64,000 nt of DNA from an uncultured Gemmatimonadaceae bacterium (GTDB lineage: Bacteria; Gemmatimonadota; Gemmatimonadetes; Gemmatimonadales; GWC2-71-9). Where the stretch lies: the NCBI GenBank assembly GCA_964465315.1, contig CAYXIK010000007.1, positions 18,840 to 82,839 on the forward strand, given 5' to 3'. How positions within the stretch are numbered: the first letter of the stretch is position 1; the number at the start of each line of letters is the position of its first letter. The notes under the pieces were generated by a model. The model worked only from the letters and a program-made list of their open reading frames with translations. It was not told the DNA's origin and ran no database searches. Shown here one piece after another: positions 1-16,099 of this stretch. A program made the translations under genes and the position numbers.

Positions 1-681
1 GTTCTCGAGGATCTTTACGAGCTCGGCCGCCTCCGTGGACGAGACCGGGACGAGCCTCTCGATGGCCGGCTCATAGACGGCCGTCGCCACCCGGCGGCAC
101 GCCTCGGTGATCCCGCCCACGACCTTCGGCGTGTTTCGCGTGTTCCATTGGGGGTTGCCGGGGTCGACGCGCTCCGGAGAGAACGCGAGGAAGAAGTCCT
201 CACCTACCTTGAGACCGGTCGCTTCGAGCGCCGGCAACATCAGCTCCCGCGTGGTGCCCGGATAGGTGGTCGACTCGAGGACGATCAGCTGCCCGCGGCG
301 CAGGGCCTGCTTGACGGAATTCGTCGCGGCGAGCACGTAGCTCACATCCGGATCCTTCGTCTTCGACAGCGGCGTCGGCACGCAGATGGACACGACGTCC
401 GGCTCGCGCAGGCGGGCTAGATCGGTGGTCGCCGCGAACATCCCGGCCTTGACGAATCCGGCGAGCTGCGCGCTCGGGGCGTCCTGCACGTGCGACCGCC
501 CCTGGTTCAGGCCGTCGACGACGTTCTTGCTGACGTCGAAGCCCAGGACGTGGAACCCGACCCGCGCGAACTCCATGGCCAGCGGCAGGCCCACGTACCC
601 CAGGCCAACGATCCCGATGCGCGCCGAGCGGTCGTTGGCCTTTGCGACGAGAACGTCGGCGGCGGAGAGGGTGGTTGTCAT
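1..681 (-). CDS. nucleotide-sugar dehydrogenase, N-terminal part (WbpA-like UDP-N-acetyl-D-glucosamine/mannosamine 6-dehydrogenase). The 3' end runs off the window.
   Basis: My own minus-strand translation from the ATG at 679-681 gives MTTTLSAADVLVAKANDRSARIGIVGLGYVGLPLAMEFARVGFHVLGFDV...VSICVPTPL...LESTTYPGTT. This has a Rossmann GxGxxG and UDPG/MGDP-dehydrogenase N-domain motifs. It is absent from the ORF track because it has no stop in the window. Its ATG overlaps the upstream stop (ATGA). Confidence 0.8.
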   Translation of the reverse strand, partial: MTTTLSAADVLVAKANDRSARIGIVGLGYVGLPLAMEFARVGFHVLGFDVSKNVVDGLNQGRSHVQDAPSAQLAGFVKAGMFAATTDLARLREPDVVSICVPTPLSKTKDPDVSYVLAATNSVKQALRRGQLIVLESTTYPGTTRELMLPALEATGLKVGEDFFLAFSPERVDPGNPQWNTRNTPKVVGGITEACRRVATAVYEPAIERLVPVSSTEAAELVKILEN

Positions 682-1682
682 AGGGCGACGGGCGCGCCGC
701 CGGCGAACAGGGAACGCGTGGCCGCGTCGAGCACTCGGACAACGGCGACGCCGTCGGCGGCACCCGCGCGTGGGGACTCGGTGCGCCGAGCCACGCGCAC
801 GAAATGGCCGAGCTCCGCGGCGAGCGGCTCCACGTTGGGAATCTTGGGAATGAAGATGTCCCCTTCCCGGATCGACAGCGCTTCGCCGTACGAAGCGTAT
901 TCGGGCGGTCGCTCCACGCCCTTGTCGTAAATCCGGAGCTTCTCGCGCGCCTCCATATCGTCGAACACGACCATCTTTGTCGCTCCCACCACCGTGAGTT
1001 TTCGCTCTTTGTGGGGGTCGAGCCAGGACAGCTGCACGTGCGCGAGCACGCCGCTCCCGAACTCCATGGTCAGGAACACGACGTCCTCGACTTTCGGCTG
1101 CAGGTAGCTCTTCCCGTGCGCGGCGACGCGCACCGGAGCCTCCCCAAGCAAGTACAATGCCACCGACACGTCGTGCGGCCCGAAGCTCCAAAGCGCGTTT
1201 TCGTCGGCGCGAACCTGCCCCAGGTTGACGCGCAGGCCGTACAGGTAATAGATGCGGCCCAGGTCCCCGGCCTGCACCAGCGCGCGGAGCCGCTCGACGG
1301 CCGGGTGGAAGACGAGGAGGTGACCCGCGAGCACGGGCACATCGTGCTGGGCGGCTGCCCGGGCGACCGCCTCCGCGTCACCGGTGCTCAAGGCGAACGG
1401 CTTCTCGACCAGGCACGGTTTGCCGGCCTCCACGCACTGCAGCGCGACCCGGGCGTGGGTGGCGGCGGGAGACGCGATGACCACCGCGTCCACGCGGCTC
1501 AGGAGATCCCTCACCTCGCCGGTGATGTGGACGGCCGGGTACTGCCGGGTCAGCCGCTCCCGCGTCTTTGGGTCAGCGTCACACACAACCGCTAGCTCGG
1601 CATCGGCGAGCGTCGCCACCGTGCGCACGTGATTCTTCCCCCAGGCCCCGGCGCCGATCACCCCTACCCGGAGGCGGCTCAC
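678..1682 (-). CDS. Gfo/Idh/MocA family NAD-dependent oxidoreductase (WbpB-like sugar-nucleotide 3-dehydrogenase by context)
   Basis: 334 aa. The N-terminus is MSRLRVGVIGAGAWGKNHV, a Rossmann fold, and the protein has Gfo/Idh/MocA architecture. It lies between the aminotransferase and the dehydrogenase. Confidence 0.8.
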   Translation of the reverse strand: MSRLRVGVIGAGAWGKNHVRTVATLADAELAVVCDADPKTRERLTRQYPAVHITGEVRDLLSRVDAVVIASPAATHARVALQCVEAGKPCLVEKPFALSTGDAEAVARAAAQHDVPVLAGHLLVFHPAVERLRALVQAGDLGRIYYLYGLRVNLGQVRADENALWSFGPHDVSVALYLLGEAPVRVAAHGKSYLQPKVEDVVFLTMEFGSGVLAHVQLSWLDPHKERKLTVVGATKMVVFDDMEAREKLRIYDKGVERPPEYASYGEALSIREGDIFIPKIPNVEPLAAELGHFVRVARRTESPRAGAADGVAVVRVLDAATRSLFAGGAPVAL

Positions 1683-2794
1683 CGATAGAACCCGCGGATC
1701 GTCTCCGCCACGAATCCGATCTGGTCGGGGGTGAGCTCGGGATAGATGGGAAGCGAAATCACCTCCGTCGCCGCTCGCTCGGCCTCCGGAAGCCGGCCCC
1801 GCTTGTAGCCCAAGTGGCGGAAGCAGTTCTGGAGGTGGAGGGGCACGGGGTAGTAGACGGCGTTACCGATCCCATGGCTCTTCAAGTGTGGCTGCAGCTC
1901 GTCCCGGCGCTCCACCCGCAGCGTGTATTGATGGAAGATCGGCTCGTTGCAGCTGTCCACGACGGGCGTTTGGACGGCGGGCAGGCCGTCGAGCGCCTTC
2001 GTGTAGGACGCGGCGTGGTCGCGTCGCTTGCTCGACCAGGCGGCGAGGTGCGGCAGCTTCGCGAGCAGGACCGCCGCCTGCACCGAGTCGAGTCGTGAGT
2101 TTGTACCAATCTCATCGTGATGGTACTGCTTCGCCCCGCCGTGCAGCCGCAGCTTGCGGAGCCGCTCGGCCGCCGCGTCGTCGGAGGTGACCATCATCCC
2201 CCCATCGCCCCACGCGCCCAGGTTCTTGCTCGGAAAGAAGGAATACCCCGTGGCCCAGCCCAGCTCGCCCGCCATCCGCCATTCGCCATCGATGCGGCGG
2301 CGTGCCCCGATCGCCTGGGCCGCGTCCTCGACGATCTTGAGACCGTGCGCGCGGGCGATGGGGATCAGCCGCTCGATGGCGGCCATCTGGCCATATAGAT
2401 GAACGGGAAGGAGGGCGCGGGTGCGTGGCGTGACGGCCGCCTCCACCGCCCCCGGGTCGATGTTGAACGTGCCCGGCTCGATGTCCACGAAGACCGGAGT
2501 CCCGCCGGCGTTGTGAATCGCGCCAGCGGTCGCGAAGAACGTGAATGGCGTCGTGATGACCTCGTCCCCGGGCTCGAGCCCGAGGGCCTTGAGCGGCAGC
2601 AGGAGCGCGTCGGTCCCGCTGGCGCACGCGATGCCGTGCTTCGCTCGAGCGAGCTGCGCCACCGCACTCTCGAGCTGCGGCACCGACGGACCCATCACGA
2701 ATTGCTGCGATTCGATGACCGCCTGGAGGGCTGGCAGGACCTCGTCCTTGATCGCGCGATATTGCGCCACGAGGTCCAATAACGGCACGTTCAC
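1679..2794 (-). CDS. DegT/DnrJ/EryC1/StrS family PLP-dependent sugar aminotransferase (WbpE-like)
   Basis: 371 aa, beginning MNVPLLDLVAQYRAIKDEV...FVMGP. Also contains SFFPSKNLGAWGDGG, the typical PLP-lysine region. Confidence 0.85.
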   Translation of the reverse strand: MNVPLLDLVAQYRAIKDEVLPALQAVIESQQFVMGPSVPQLESAVAQLARAKHGIACASGTDALLLPLKALGLEPGDEVITTPFTFFATAGAIHNAGGTPVFVDIEPGTFNIDPGAVEAAVTPRTRALLPVHLYGQMAAIERLIPIARAHGLKIVEDAAQAIGARRRIDGEWRMAGELGWATGYSFFPSKNLGAWGDGGMMVTSDDAAAERLRKLRLHGGAKQYHHDEIGTNSRLDSVQAAVLLAKLPHLAAWSSKRRDHAASYTKALDGLPAVQTPVVDSCNEPIFHQYTLRVERRDELQPHLKSHGIGNAVYYPVPLHLQNCFRHLGYKRGRLPEAERAATEVISLPIYPELTPDQIGFVAETIRGFYR

Positions 2795-2830
2795 AGTGTC
2801 AGGGATCCGAAGGGAAGAAGGGGAAGGAAA

Positions 2831-3421
2831 TTACCCGACCCGACCGGGCTGGGCAATGCGATCCAACGCGCCGTCCGACTCTTTGTACGTTGCACCGCAG
2901 GTGGCGCACACCGCGGCCCCGCGCGCTACGGCGAGCCGCTCGCCGCACCGGCACATCCAGCCCACCCGGCGGGCGGGGACGCCGACCATCAGAGCGTAGG
3001 CCGGGACGTCGGACGTGACGACGGCGCCGGCGCCGATGAAAGCATACTCGCCGAGCGTCACGCCGCAGACGATCGTCGCATTGGCTCCGATCGAAGAGCC
3101 GCGCTTCACGAGGGTAGCGCGATACTCGTGCTTGCGCGACACGTGGCTGCGGGGGTTCAGGACGTTTGTGAACACGCAGGACGGCCCGCAGAACACGTCG
3201 TCCTCGAGGGTGACGCCCTCGTAGATCGAGACGTTGTTCTGGATCTTCACGTTGGTCCCGATCCGCGTGCCGGGCATCACGACCACGTTCTGCCCCAGGC
3301 TGCAGCGCTCGCCGATCACCGCGCCGGGCATCACGTGGCAGAAGTGCCAGATCTTCGTGCCGCGACCAATCTGGGCGCCCTCGTCGACGTAGCTGGACGC
3401 GTGGACGAAGTAGTCGGGCAT
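2831..3421 (-). CDS. left-handed beta-helix (hexapeptide-repeat) N-acetyltransferase (WbpD-like)
   Basis: 196 aa with repeated [LIV]G hexapeptide pattern ([31 protein letters not shown]...). It lies in the Wbp-like gene set. Confidence 0.8.
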   Translation of the reverse strand: MPDYFVHASSYVDEGAQIGRGTKIWHFCHVMPGAVIGERCSLGQNVVVMPGTRIGTNVKIQNNVSIYEGVTLEDDVFCGPSCVFTNVLNPRSHVSRKHEYRATLVKRGSSIGANATIVCGVTLGEYAFIGAGAVVTSDVPAYALMVGVPARRVGWMCRCGERLAVARGAAVCATCGATYKESDGALDRIAQPGRVG

Positions 3422-4371
3422 CTACGCTCCGATCACTTTGATCTCGAGCTCCAGCTCGACGCCGGTCTTCTTCGCGACCGTCTTTCGCACGTGGTCGATG
3501 ACCTTCAGGACGTCGCTCGCCGTCGCAGTACCGGTATTGACGGTGTAATTCGCGTGCAGTGACGACACCTGGGCGCCGCCAATGGTGAAGCCCTTGAGCC
3601 CGCACTCGTCGATCAGCACGCCCGCCGAGCGCGGTCCCCCCGGATTCTTGAAGACCGATCCGGCGCAGGGTTGATCGAATGGCGTCCCAGCTTTACGCCA
3701 GCGGATCAACCGGGCCTGCAGCTCCTTAAGTTTGGCCGGCGGCTCCTCGATCAGGGCCAACTTGGCTTCGAGCACGACCACGTTGCCGAGGTTCGACGAG
3801 CGGTACTTGAACGAGATCTGCTTGCGTGACACAGGCCGCACTTTGCCCTTGGCATCCATGACCGTGGCTTCGGTGAGCACCTCGGCGAACTCCGCGCCGT
3901 GCGCGCCGGCGTTCATGTACACGCCGCCCCCAACGGTGCCCGGAATGCCGATGAACCGCTCCACGCCCGCAAACCCAGCCTCTGCCGTCCGGCGCGCGAG
4001 CAAGGGCGTCGCCAGCCCGGCCCCGACGATGGCGGTAGCGCCCTTCATCTCGAAGCGGTCGAGCCCCTTGCCGATGCGGATCACGACCCCCGGAAAGCCC
4101 GCGTCCTTCACCAGGACGTTCGAGCCGAGGCCGAGCGCAACCCAGGGGAGCCCGCGCTCCTGTGCGAGATCGAGGGCCTTGACGACATCTTCCGCGTCGG
4201 CCGGCTGCACGAGAAAGCGCGCGGGGCCGCCGATCCGAAACGTGGTATGGCGTGCCAGCGGCTCGTTCTCGAGCACCCGGCCGCGAAGCTTGGGCTTCGG
4301 AGCCGGGGCTGGCGTGGGCGGCTTGACCGCGGGCTTGCCGGCCTTGCCCGTCGCTTTGGCGGGCGGCTTCG

Positions 4372-10251
<5,880 letters not shown>

Positions 10252-10252
<1 letters not shown>

Positions 10253-11310
10253 TACTCCTCGGCTCCTTCGCTCACCTGCGCCTGCGGCGCCACGCCGGGC
10301 TCGAGCACCTTCCACTCGTCTCCGGTCTCTTCGAACTTCATCCCGAAGTTGAGTCCCTCGCGCCGGAGCAGCTCGGCGATTTCCCCGAGCGCCTTTTCGC
10401 CCACGTTCTTGACCTTGAGGAGATCCTCCTCGCGATACTGCACGAGGTCCCCCAGGGTGCGGATGTTCGAGTTCTTGAGCGAATTGACCGACCGGACGGA
10501 CAAGCCCACGTCATCGATCGAGCGCGCCAGCAGTTCCCGGAGCCGGGTGGTCGGCCGGTCGCCGTTGTCCGGAGCTGCGGCCGCGACCATCGGCACCTTG
10601 CCGAAGTCCACGAAGAAGCGGAAATGCTCCTGGGCGAGGGCCGCGGCGTACGCGACCGCGTCCTCGGGCGAGATGGTCCCGTTGGTCTCGACCGTGAGTG
10701 TGAGGCGGTCGTAGTCGGTGCGCTGTCCGACGCGGGTCTCCGCCACCGTGAAGTTGGCGCGGCGCACCGGGTTGTAGATCGAGTCCACGCGCACGACGTC
10801 GACGGGCATGGTACGGTCGATCGGGTGCTGCTCGGCCTCGACGTAGCCCCGCCCCTTGTTCACGTACAGCTCACCGCCGATCTCGCGGTCGTCCTGAACG
10901 GTGAAGAGCAGTTGGTCGGGATTCACGATGGTCACCGCGCTGTGCGCCTCGATGTCGCGCGCGTACACCGGCCCCGCCTTTTCGTGCTTGATGTGCAGCA
11001 CGGCCTCGTCGACATCGGGCGCGAGGACGAGGGTGAGGGCTTTGAGCCGCTGGATGATCTGGTGCACGTCCTCGACCACCCCGGGGATAGTCTGGTGCTC
11101 GTGGACCACGCCATCGAGACGGAAAGCCCATACGGCGGCCCCGCGGAGCGAAGAGAGCAGCATCCGGCGAAGCGAATTGCCCAGCGTGTAGCCGTAACCC
11201 CGCTCGAGCGGCTGGAGGCGGAACTCGGCGGCATTGGCGTTGTCCTCCCGCTTGGTCATCTCGACCAGGTGCGGGCGAACCAGCCCCGTCAAATCAAGAG
11301 TCGTCATCAC
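10252..11310 (-). CDS. rpoA: DNA-directed RNA polymerase subunit alpha
   Basis: 352 aa, containing [21 protein letters not shown], with an alpha C-terminal domain containing [20 protein letters not shown]. Confidence 0.95.
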
Positions 11311-11942
11311 TTGGAATAGAGCTCGACGATTAACTGTTCTTGCGCGGCGATCGGGATGGCGTCGCGGGTGGGCCGCTGCGTCATCTTACCGAGCGCCTTG
11401 TCGGTATCGACCTGGATCCAGGACACCGGTTGCTGCCGGCCGAACTGCTCGAGCGCCAGCTTCACCTGCACCAGCTCGCGGCTCGCATCGGCGAGTTTGA
11501 CTTCCTCGCCCAGGCGCACCCGGAACGAGGGCACGTTCACCGTCCGACCGTTCACCTGCACGTGGCGGTGCCTGACGAGCTGGCGCGCCTGCCGTCGGGA
11601 CACGGCGAACCCCATCCGATAGACGAGGTTGTCGAGCCGGCTTTCGAGCGCCACGAGGAGCGCCTCACCGGTGACGCCGGGCTCCTTCAGCACGCGGTCG
11701 AAGATGTTGCGGAACTGACGCTCCGAGAGTCCGTAGATCCGCTTGACCTTCTGCTTTTCCCGCAGCTGCCGCGCGTAGTCGGAGGCCTTGCGGCGCCGTC
11801 CCGACGACTGGCCGTGCTGGCCGGGCGCATAGGCCCGGCGCTCGATGGCACATTTCTCCGTCAGACAGCGCGTGCCTTTGAGGAACAGCTTCGTTCCCTC
11901 GCGGCGGCAGAGCTTGCAGGCGGGGCCCGTGTAGCGCGCCAT
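11307..11942 (-). CDS. rpsD: 30S ribosomal protein S4
   Basis: 211 aa, beginning MARYTGPACKLCRREGTKLFLKGTRC. Confidence 0.95.
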   Translation of the reverse strand: MARYTGPACKLCRREGTKLFLKGTRCLTEKCAIERRAYAPGQHGQSSGRRRKASDYARQLREKQKVKRIYGLSERQFRNIFDRVLKEPGVTGEALLVALESRLDNLVYRMGFAVSRRQARQLVRHRHVQVNGRTVNVPSFRVRLGEEVKLADASRELVQVKLALEQFGRQQPVSWIQVDTDKALGKMTQRPTRDAIPIAAQEQLIVELYSK

Positions 11943-11945
11943 TGC

Positions 11946-12338
11946 TCAGACCCGCCGCTTCTTGGGCGGCCGACAGCCGTTGTGAGGAATCGGCGTCACG
12001 TCGCGAATCGAGCGGATCTGCAGTCCGGCGGTGGCCAGGGCTTGAATCGCGGATTCCCGGCCCGACCCCGGTCCCTGCACGCGCACATGCACGCGCCGCA
12101 CGCCGAGGTTGAGGGCCTCGCGCGCCGCCTGCTCCGCCGCCACCGTGGCGGCGAATGGCGTCGACTTCTTCGAACCCTGGAACCCGGCCTTGCCCGAGGA
12201 GCCCCACGTGATGGCGTTCCCCTGCATGTCGGTGATGGTGATGAGGGTGTTGTTGAACGTCGCCGTGATATGGGCGATGCCCTCGGCCTCCACCACCTTC
12301 TTGACGCGCTTCGCGCCCGCTGCTTTCGCCTGTGCCAT
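11946..12338 (-). CDS. rpsK: 30S ribosomal protein S11
   Basis: 130 aa, containing [18 protein letters not shown]...[16 protein letters not shown]. Confidence 0.95.
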   Translation of the reverse strand: MAQAKAAGAKRVKKVVEAEGIAHITATFNNTLITITDMQGNAITWGSSGKAGFQGSKKSTPFAATVAAEQAAREALNLGVRRVHVRVQGPGSGRESAIQALATAGLQIRSIRDVTPIPHNGCRPPKKRRV

Positions 12339-12722
12339 TTACTTTTTCAGCAAGGGCTTCTTCTTGCCCGCGATGGCGCGCCGCGGCCCCTTCTTGGTGC
12401 GCGCGTTGGTGTGCGTGCGCTGGCCGCGTACCGGAAGGTTTTTCCGATGACGCGAGCCGCGATACGTGCCGATGTCCATCAGCCGCTTGATGTTCATCGC
12501 GACTTCGGTGCGCAACGCGCCCTCGACCTTGTAGTCGCGCTCGATCACCTGGCGCAGGCGCGCGACCTCCGCATCCCGGAGGTCGCGCACGCGCGCGTCC
12601 GAATTCACCCCGGTCTCCGCGAGAATCTTCTTCGCGTTCCGAGGTCCGATGCCGTAGATGTACGGGAGGGCGTACAGGATTTTCTTGTCGCGCGGCAGGT
12701 CGACCCCAGCAATACGTGCCAT
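12339..12722 (-). CDS. rpsM: 30S ribosomal protein S13
   Basis: 127 aa, beginning [26 protein letters not shown]. Confidence 0.95.
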   Translation of the reverse strand: MARIAGVDLPRDKKILYALPYIYGIGPRNAKKILAETGVNSDARVRDLRDAEVARLRQVIERDYKVEGALRTEVAMNIKRLMDIGTYRGSRHRKNLPVRGQRTHTNARTKKGPRRAIAGKKKPLLKK

Positions 12723-12725
12723 CCG

Positions 12726-12842
12726 CTACCCCTGCCGCTGCTTGTGCTTGGGGCTGCGCTTGCAGATGACGCGGATGACTCCCCGCCGCTTGATCACCCT
12801 GCAATGCTCACAGATGGGCTTTACGCTAGTCCGGACCTTCAA
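12726..12842 (-). CDS. rpmJ: 50S ribosomal protein L36
   Basis: 38 aa: (TTG)[37 protein letters not shown]. The TTG start is at 12840-12842, inside track ORF 12726..12911, with GGGAG upstream. Confidence 0.85.
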   Translation of the reverse strand: MKVRTSVKPICEHCRVIKRRGVIRVICKRSPKHKQRQG

Positions 12843-12882
12843 GACGGGCGCTCCCGGGAAAAAATTTCCAATTGAATCTTGA

Positions 12883-12911
12883 ATTGTAGACGGCGCTGTA
12901 AGTTCGCGCAA
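12883..12911 (-). promoter_or_regulatory. sigma70-like promoter upstream of rpmJ (TTGCGC-17 nt-TACAAT)
   Basis: On the minus strand, TTGCGC is at 12906-12911, followed by a 17-nt spacer and TACAAT at 12883-12888. This is about 40 nt upstream of the rpmJ TTG. Confidence 0.45.
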
Positions 12912-12920
12912 GGGGCGAGA

Positions 12921-13340
12921 TTACGGCGCACTCCGCAACTCGGTCAGGAGCCATTCGTCACTCGATTTCCGAAAGCCGAGAAACAGCGTTTCGCGGCGCT
13001 CGTCACTCGTCCCTGCCACGACATACCGCCGTTCCAGCTCGGCGTAGCCGCGTTCCGGCTCCAGCTCGCGTACCGCGCTCACCGTGAGCCGGCGCTCGAC
13101 GCCTCCTCGCAAATGACGGCGGAGCAGCTCGAGCGCCTGAGCCCGATCGACCGGCGCCGACGGGTCAGCGCCTGGAATCTGAAGCACGAGGCTAGGGCCT
13201 TGACCTACAATCGCTTCCACGTTGTGTGCCAGCCACGCCTGGCGCACGCGCTCGGCTGCCTCCGCGAGCGACCCTTGGGCCTGCACATCGGCGACGAGGA
13301 CGAGACTGCCCAGCAGGACCGCTGCCAGCGGGCGACGCAT
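12921..13340 (-). CDS. hypothetical secreted protein (139 aa, signal peptide)
   Basis: Begins MRRPLAAVLLGSLVLVADVQAQG. The start ATG at 13338-13340 overlaps the pyrF stop (TAATG). I recognised no family. The rest of track ORF 12921..13838 overlaps pyrF out of frame. Confidence 0.5.
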   Translation of the reverse strand: MRRPLAAVLLGSLVLVADVQAQGSLAEAAERVRQAWLAHNVEAIVGQGPSLVLQIPGADPSAPVDRAQALELLRRHLRGGVERRLTVSAVRELEPERGYAELERRYVVAGTSDERRETLFLGFRKSSDEWLLTELRSAP

Positions 13341-14014
13341 TAGAGGCTCTCCATCAACCGCTGGTACACCCCAGCCGGGTCCGCGGCCTGCGTGATCGGC
13401 CGGCCGACCACGATGTGGGTCGCCCCGCGTCGGATGGCCTCCCCCGCCGTCACGGTCCGAGCCTGGTCGCCGCTCGCGTCCCCGGGGGCCCGGATGCCGG
13501 GCACCACGATCCAGGGCGCGGGCCCCAGGGCGGAGCGCAGCAACGTCACCTCGCGCCCCGACGCCACGACGCCGCGCAGACCCGCCGTCACCGCCAGCCG
13601 AGCCAGTCGCTCCGTTTCGACGCCGAGATCGGGCACACCGCGGCCCACCACCTGCTCGAACTCGCCGGCGTCGTGCGAGGTGAGCACCGTGACTCCCACG
13701 AGCGCCAGCTCCCCAGCCGCCCCAGCCGCCGCCGCGAGGGCCGTCGGCCCACCCAGCGTGTGCACGGTCGCCATCGCGACCCCCTGCCCCCGAGCGGCCT
13801 CGACCGCGCCGGCGATGACACTGGGGATGTCGTGCCACTTGAGATCGAGGAAGACACGAATGCCGCGCGCCGCGAACTCACGGATGAGTGCCGGTCCCTC
13901 GCGCACGTGCAGCAGCGGGCCGATTTTCGCCCAGCTGAGCCCCGGCAGCCGCGCCGCGAGGGTCAACGCCTCCGACCCGCTCGGCAGATCGAACGCCACG
14001 ATGAGCTCAGCCAT
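13340..14014 (-). CDS. pyrF: orotidine 5'-phosphate decarboxylase
   Basis: 224 aa with the FLDLKWHDIP motif. Confidence 0.9.
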   Translation of the reverse strand: MAELIVAFDLPSGSEALTLAARLPGLSWAKIGPLLHVREGPALIREFAARGIRVFLDLKWHDIPSVIAGAVEAARGQGVAMATVHTLGGPTALAAAAGAAGELALVGVTVLTSHDAGEFEQVVGRGVPDLGVETERLARLAVTAGLRGVVASGREVTLLRSALGPAPWIVVPGIRAPGDASGDQARTVTAGEAIRRGATHIVVGRPITQAADPAGVYQRLMESL

Positions 14015-14846
14015 GCCCGAGCTCCCGCGCGACGCGCTCCGGTAAACGCGGGTCGGCGAGCGCCGCGGTCCCGATGCCCACGAGCGACGCCCCCGCCATC
14101 AAATACTCGCGCGCGTCTCCGGCGGTCCGGATTCCCCCGACCCCCATGATCGGGATGTCGACGGCGTCGTGCACTCTCCGGGTCGCCAGGACGCCGATGG
14201 GGAGGAGCGCGGGTCCGCTCACGCCTCCTGATCCGTTTCCGAGGCGCTCATGGAGCGCCCCGGGTATCGTGTTCACGAGCGTCACCGCGGCCGCGCCTTC
14301 CTGCCGCGCCACTTCGGCCATGCCGACGATGTCCGGGAGCACGGGAGAAAGCTTGACGGCGATCGGTCGCGTTGCCACCGCGCGGCACCGCCGCACGAGG
14401 TCGCGCAGGCCGTCGGGCGTCGCGCCAAACTCGAGCCCTCCCGCACGCGTGTTGGGACACGACGCGTTTACCTCGAAGGCCGTGATGATGGCGAGCTGGG
14501 TGAGACTCTCGATCACACGCACGTAGTCCTCAACCGTCGCGCCCGCGACGTTCACCAGCACCAGCGCGCGCTGGAGGTTGGTCGCGAGCCACGGGAGGTC
14601 GTGTTCGCGCACCGCCTGGAGCCCGGGGTTCGCAAGGCCGACGGCGTTGAGCATACCGCCCGGGAACTCGGCCACGCGCGGCGCGGGGTGCCCTTGGCGG
14701 GGCTCCGGGGTGACCGCCTTGGTCACGATCCCCCCGAGCGCGTCCACGTCGATCACACGGTGCACCTCGTGGCCGAAGCCGGCGGTGCCGGAAGCGAGTA
14801 GGACTGGGTTTTGGAAAGTCGCGTCGAACAGTCGAACCGACCTCAC
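14007..14846 (-). CDS. pyrD: dihydroorotate dehydrogenase (class 1 type)
   Basis: Contains VRSVRLFDATFQNPVLLASGTAGFG...NASCPNT...KLSP...GVGGI. The GTG start at 14844-14846 overlaps the amidase stop (GTGA). The upstream 169 aa of the track ORF are an out-of-frame overlap with the amidase gene. Confidence 0.8.
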   Translation of the reverse strand: MRSVRLFDATFQNPVLLASGTAGFGHEVHRVIDVDALGGIVTKAVTPEPRQGHPAPRVAEFPGGMLNAVGLANPGLQAVREHDLPWLATNLQRALVLVNVAGATVEDYVRVIESLTQLAIITAFEVNASCPNTRAGGLEFGATPDGLRDLVRRCRAVATRPIAVKLSPVLPDIVGMAEVARQEGAAAVTLVNTIPGALHERLGNGSGGVSGPALLPIGVLATRRVHDAVDIPIMGVGGIRTAGDAREYLMAGASLVGIGTAALADPRLPERVARELGHG

Positions 14847-16099
14847 CGCCCCCTCGCAGGGGCGGCGACCGCGAGCTTGCGCTCGAACTCGACGAGGTAC
14901 GCGACGATCCCGTCCGCGATCGCGCTCGCGATCTTGTGCTGACCAAGGCTCGAGGCCAAGAAGGCTCCATCCGCACGATTCGTCGCGAATCCCGTCTCGA
15001 CGAGGATGGCTGGCCGGCGAGCGGTGGTGAGCACCATGAACCCGGCCTGCTGCACACCGTGACCGCCTCCAGGATGAATGCGTGCCACGGAGTCTTGCAC
15101 GAGGGCGGCGAGCTGAGCGGACTCGCGCAGATACTCGTTCACCTGGAGGTCCCGTAGGATGAAGCCCAGCGGGCCCGTCGCCGCGCTCGACGTACCCATC
15201 TCGAACCGGATCGCATCGTTTTCTGTCTGGGCGACACGCTGCTGGTCCTCGGTCTTGGCATCGGACAGGAAGTACGTCTCCACGCCGCTCGCTCGATCGG
15301 CGCGCCGGCCCTCGGGCATCGCGTTCACATGGATGCTCACGAAGAGGTCGCACTCGGCTTTGCAGAACGCCCCGCGATCAGCGAGGTCAATGAGCGTGTC
15401 GCCCGAGCGCGTGAGCGACGCGCCGATGCCGCGGCGCACGAGTTCGGCCCGGAGCAGGCGTCCGATGGCGAGCGTGATGTCCTTCTCGACCAGACCATCC
15501 GGGAAATACCGGCCCGGGTTGCCGGGATCAGCGCCGCCGTGGCCCGGGTCGACCACAATCGTGTGATGCAGGCGCAACCCGGTCATCGGGTTCGGCACAG
15601 TCACAGGCGCGGGGGTGGGGGCGGGAGCGGCGCGCCCCGGAGTTGCGGGAGGTGGGGCTGTGACTCCAGGCGGAGGAGCGGCAGCCACGGCACCGGCCAC
15701 GGGCAGCTCGACGAGACGCGCGCCCGGGCCGGACGCATCCCACCGATAGCGGCCCCCGAGCGCCCGCGGCACGCAGTCGGCCAGCCAGCTCAGCGGCAGG
15801 AAGACGGTGTCGCGGGCCAGGTACGGCTCACCGACGAGCCCGTACACCACGCCGCCGGCGTGCACGAACGGTGCGCCCAGCTGGAATATGAACTCGGTAC
15901 CCGAAAGGGCCACCGCCACCCGCGAGCCTTCGAGCGCCACGGTCAGGCCGAGCGGCGGCCCGAGGAGCGGCGCCGCGATGGCGGCGCTCCCGCGCTCGCT
16001 CGTCACGGGCACGCTCGTCTCTCCCCGTGGCGTGGCGATCACGACGGCTTGCGGCGCCGGCGTCGCGGTCACGAGCGCCAGCCACAGCAGTGCGCTCAC
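14843..16099 (-). CDS. N-acetylmuramoyl-L-alanine amidase (Amidase_3 family)
   Basis: 418 aa with a signal peptide. Contains IVVDPGHGGADPG...FVSIHVNA...GVETYFLS. Confidence 0.85.
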   Translation of the reverse strand: MSALLWLALVTATPAPQAVVIATPRGETSVPVTSERGSAAIAAPLLGPPLGLTVALEGSRVAVALSGTEFIFQLGAPFVHAGGVVYGLVGEPYLARDTVFLPLSWLADCVPRALGGRYRWDASGPGARLVELPVAGAVAAAPPPGVTAPPPATPGRAAPAPTPAPVTVPNPMTGLRLHHTIVVDPGHGGADPGNPGRYFPDGLVEKDITLAIGRLLRAELVRRGIGASLTRSGDTLIDLADRGAFCKAECDLFVSIHVNAMPEGRRADRASGVETYFLSDAKTEDQQRVAQTENDAIRFEMGTSSAATGPLGFILRDLQVNEYLRESAQLAALVQDSVARIHPGGGHGVQQAGFMVLTTARRPAILVETGFATNRADGAFLASSLGQHKIASAIADGIVAYLVEFERKLAVAAPARGR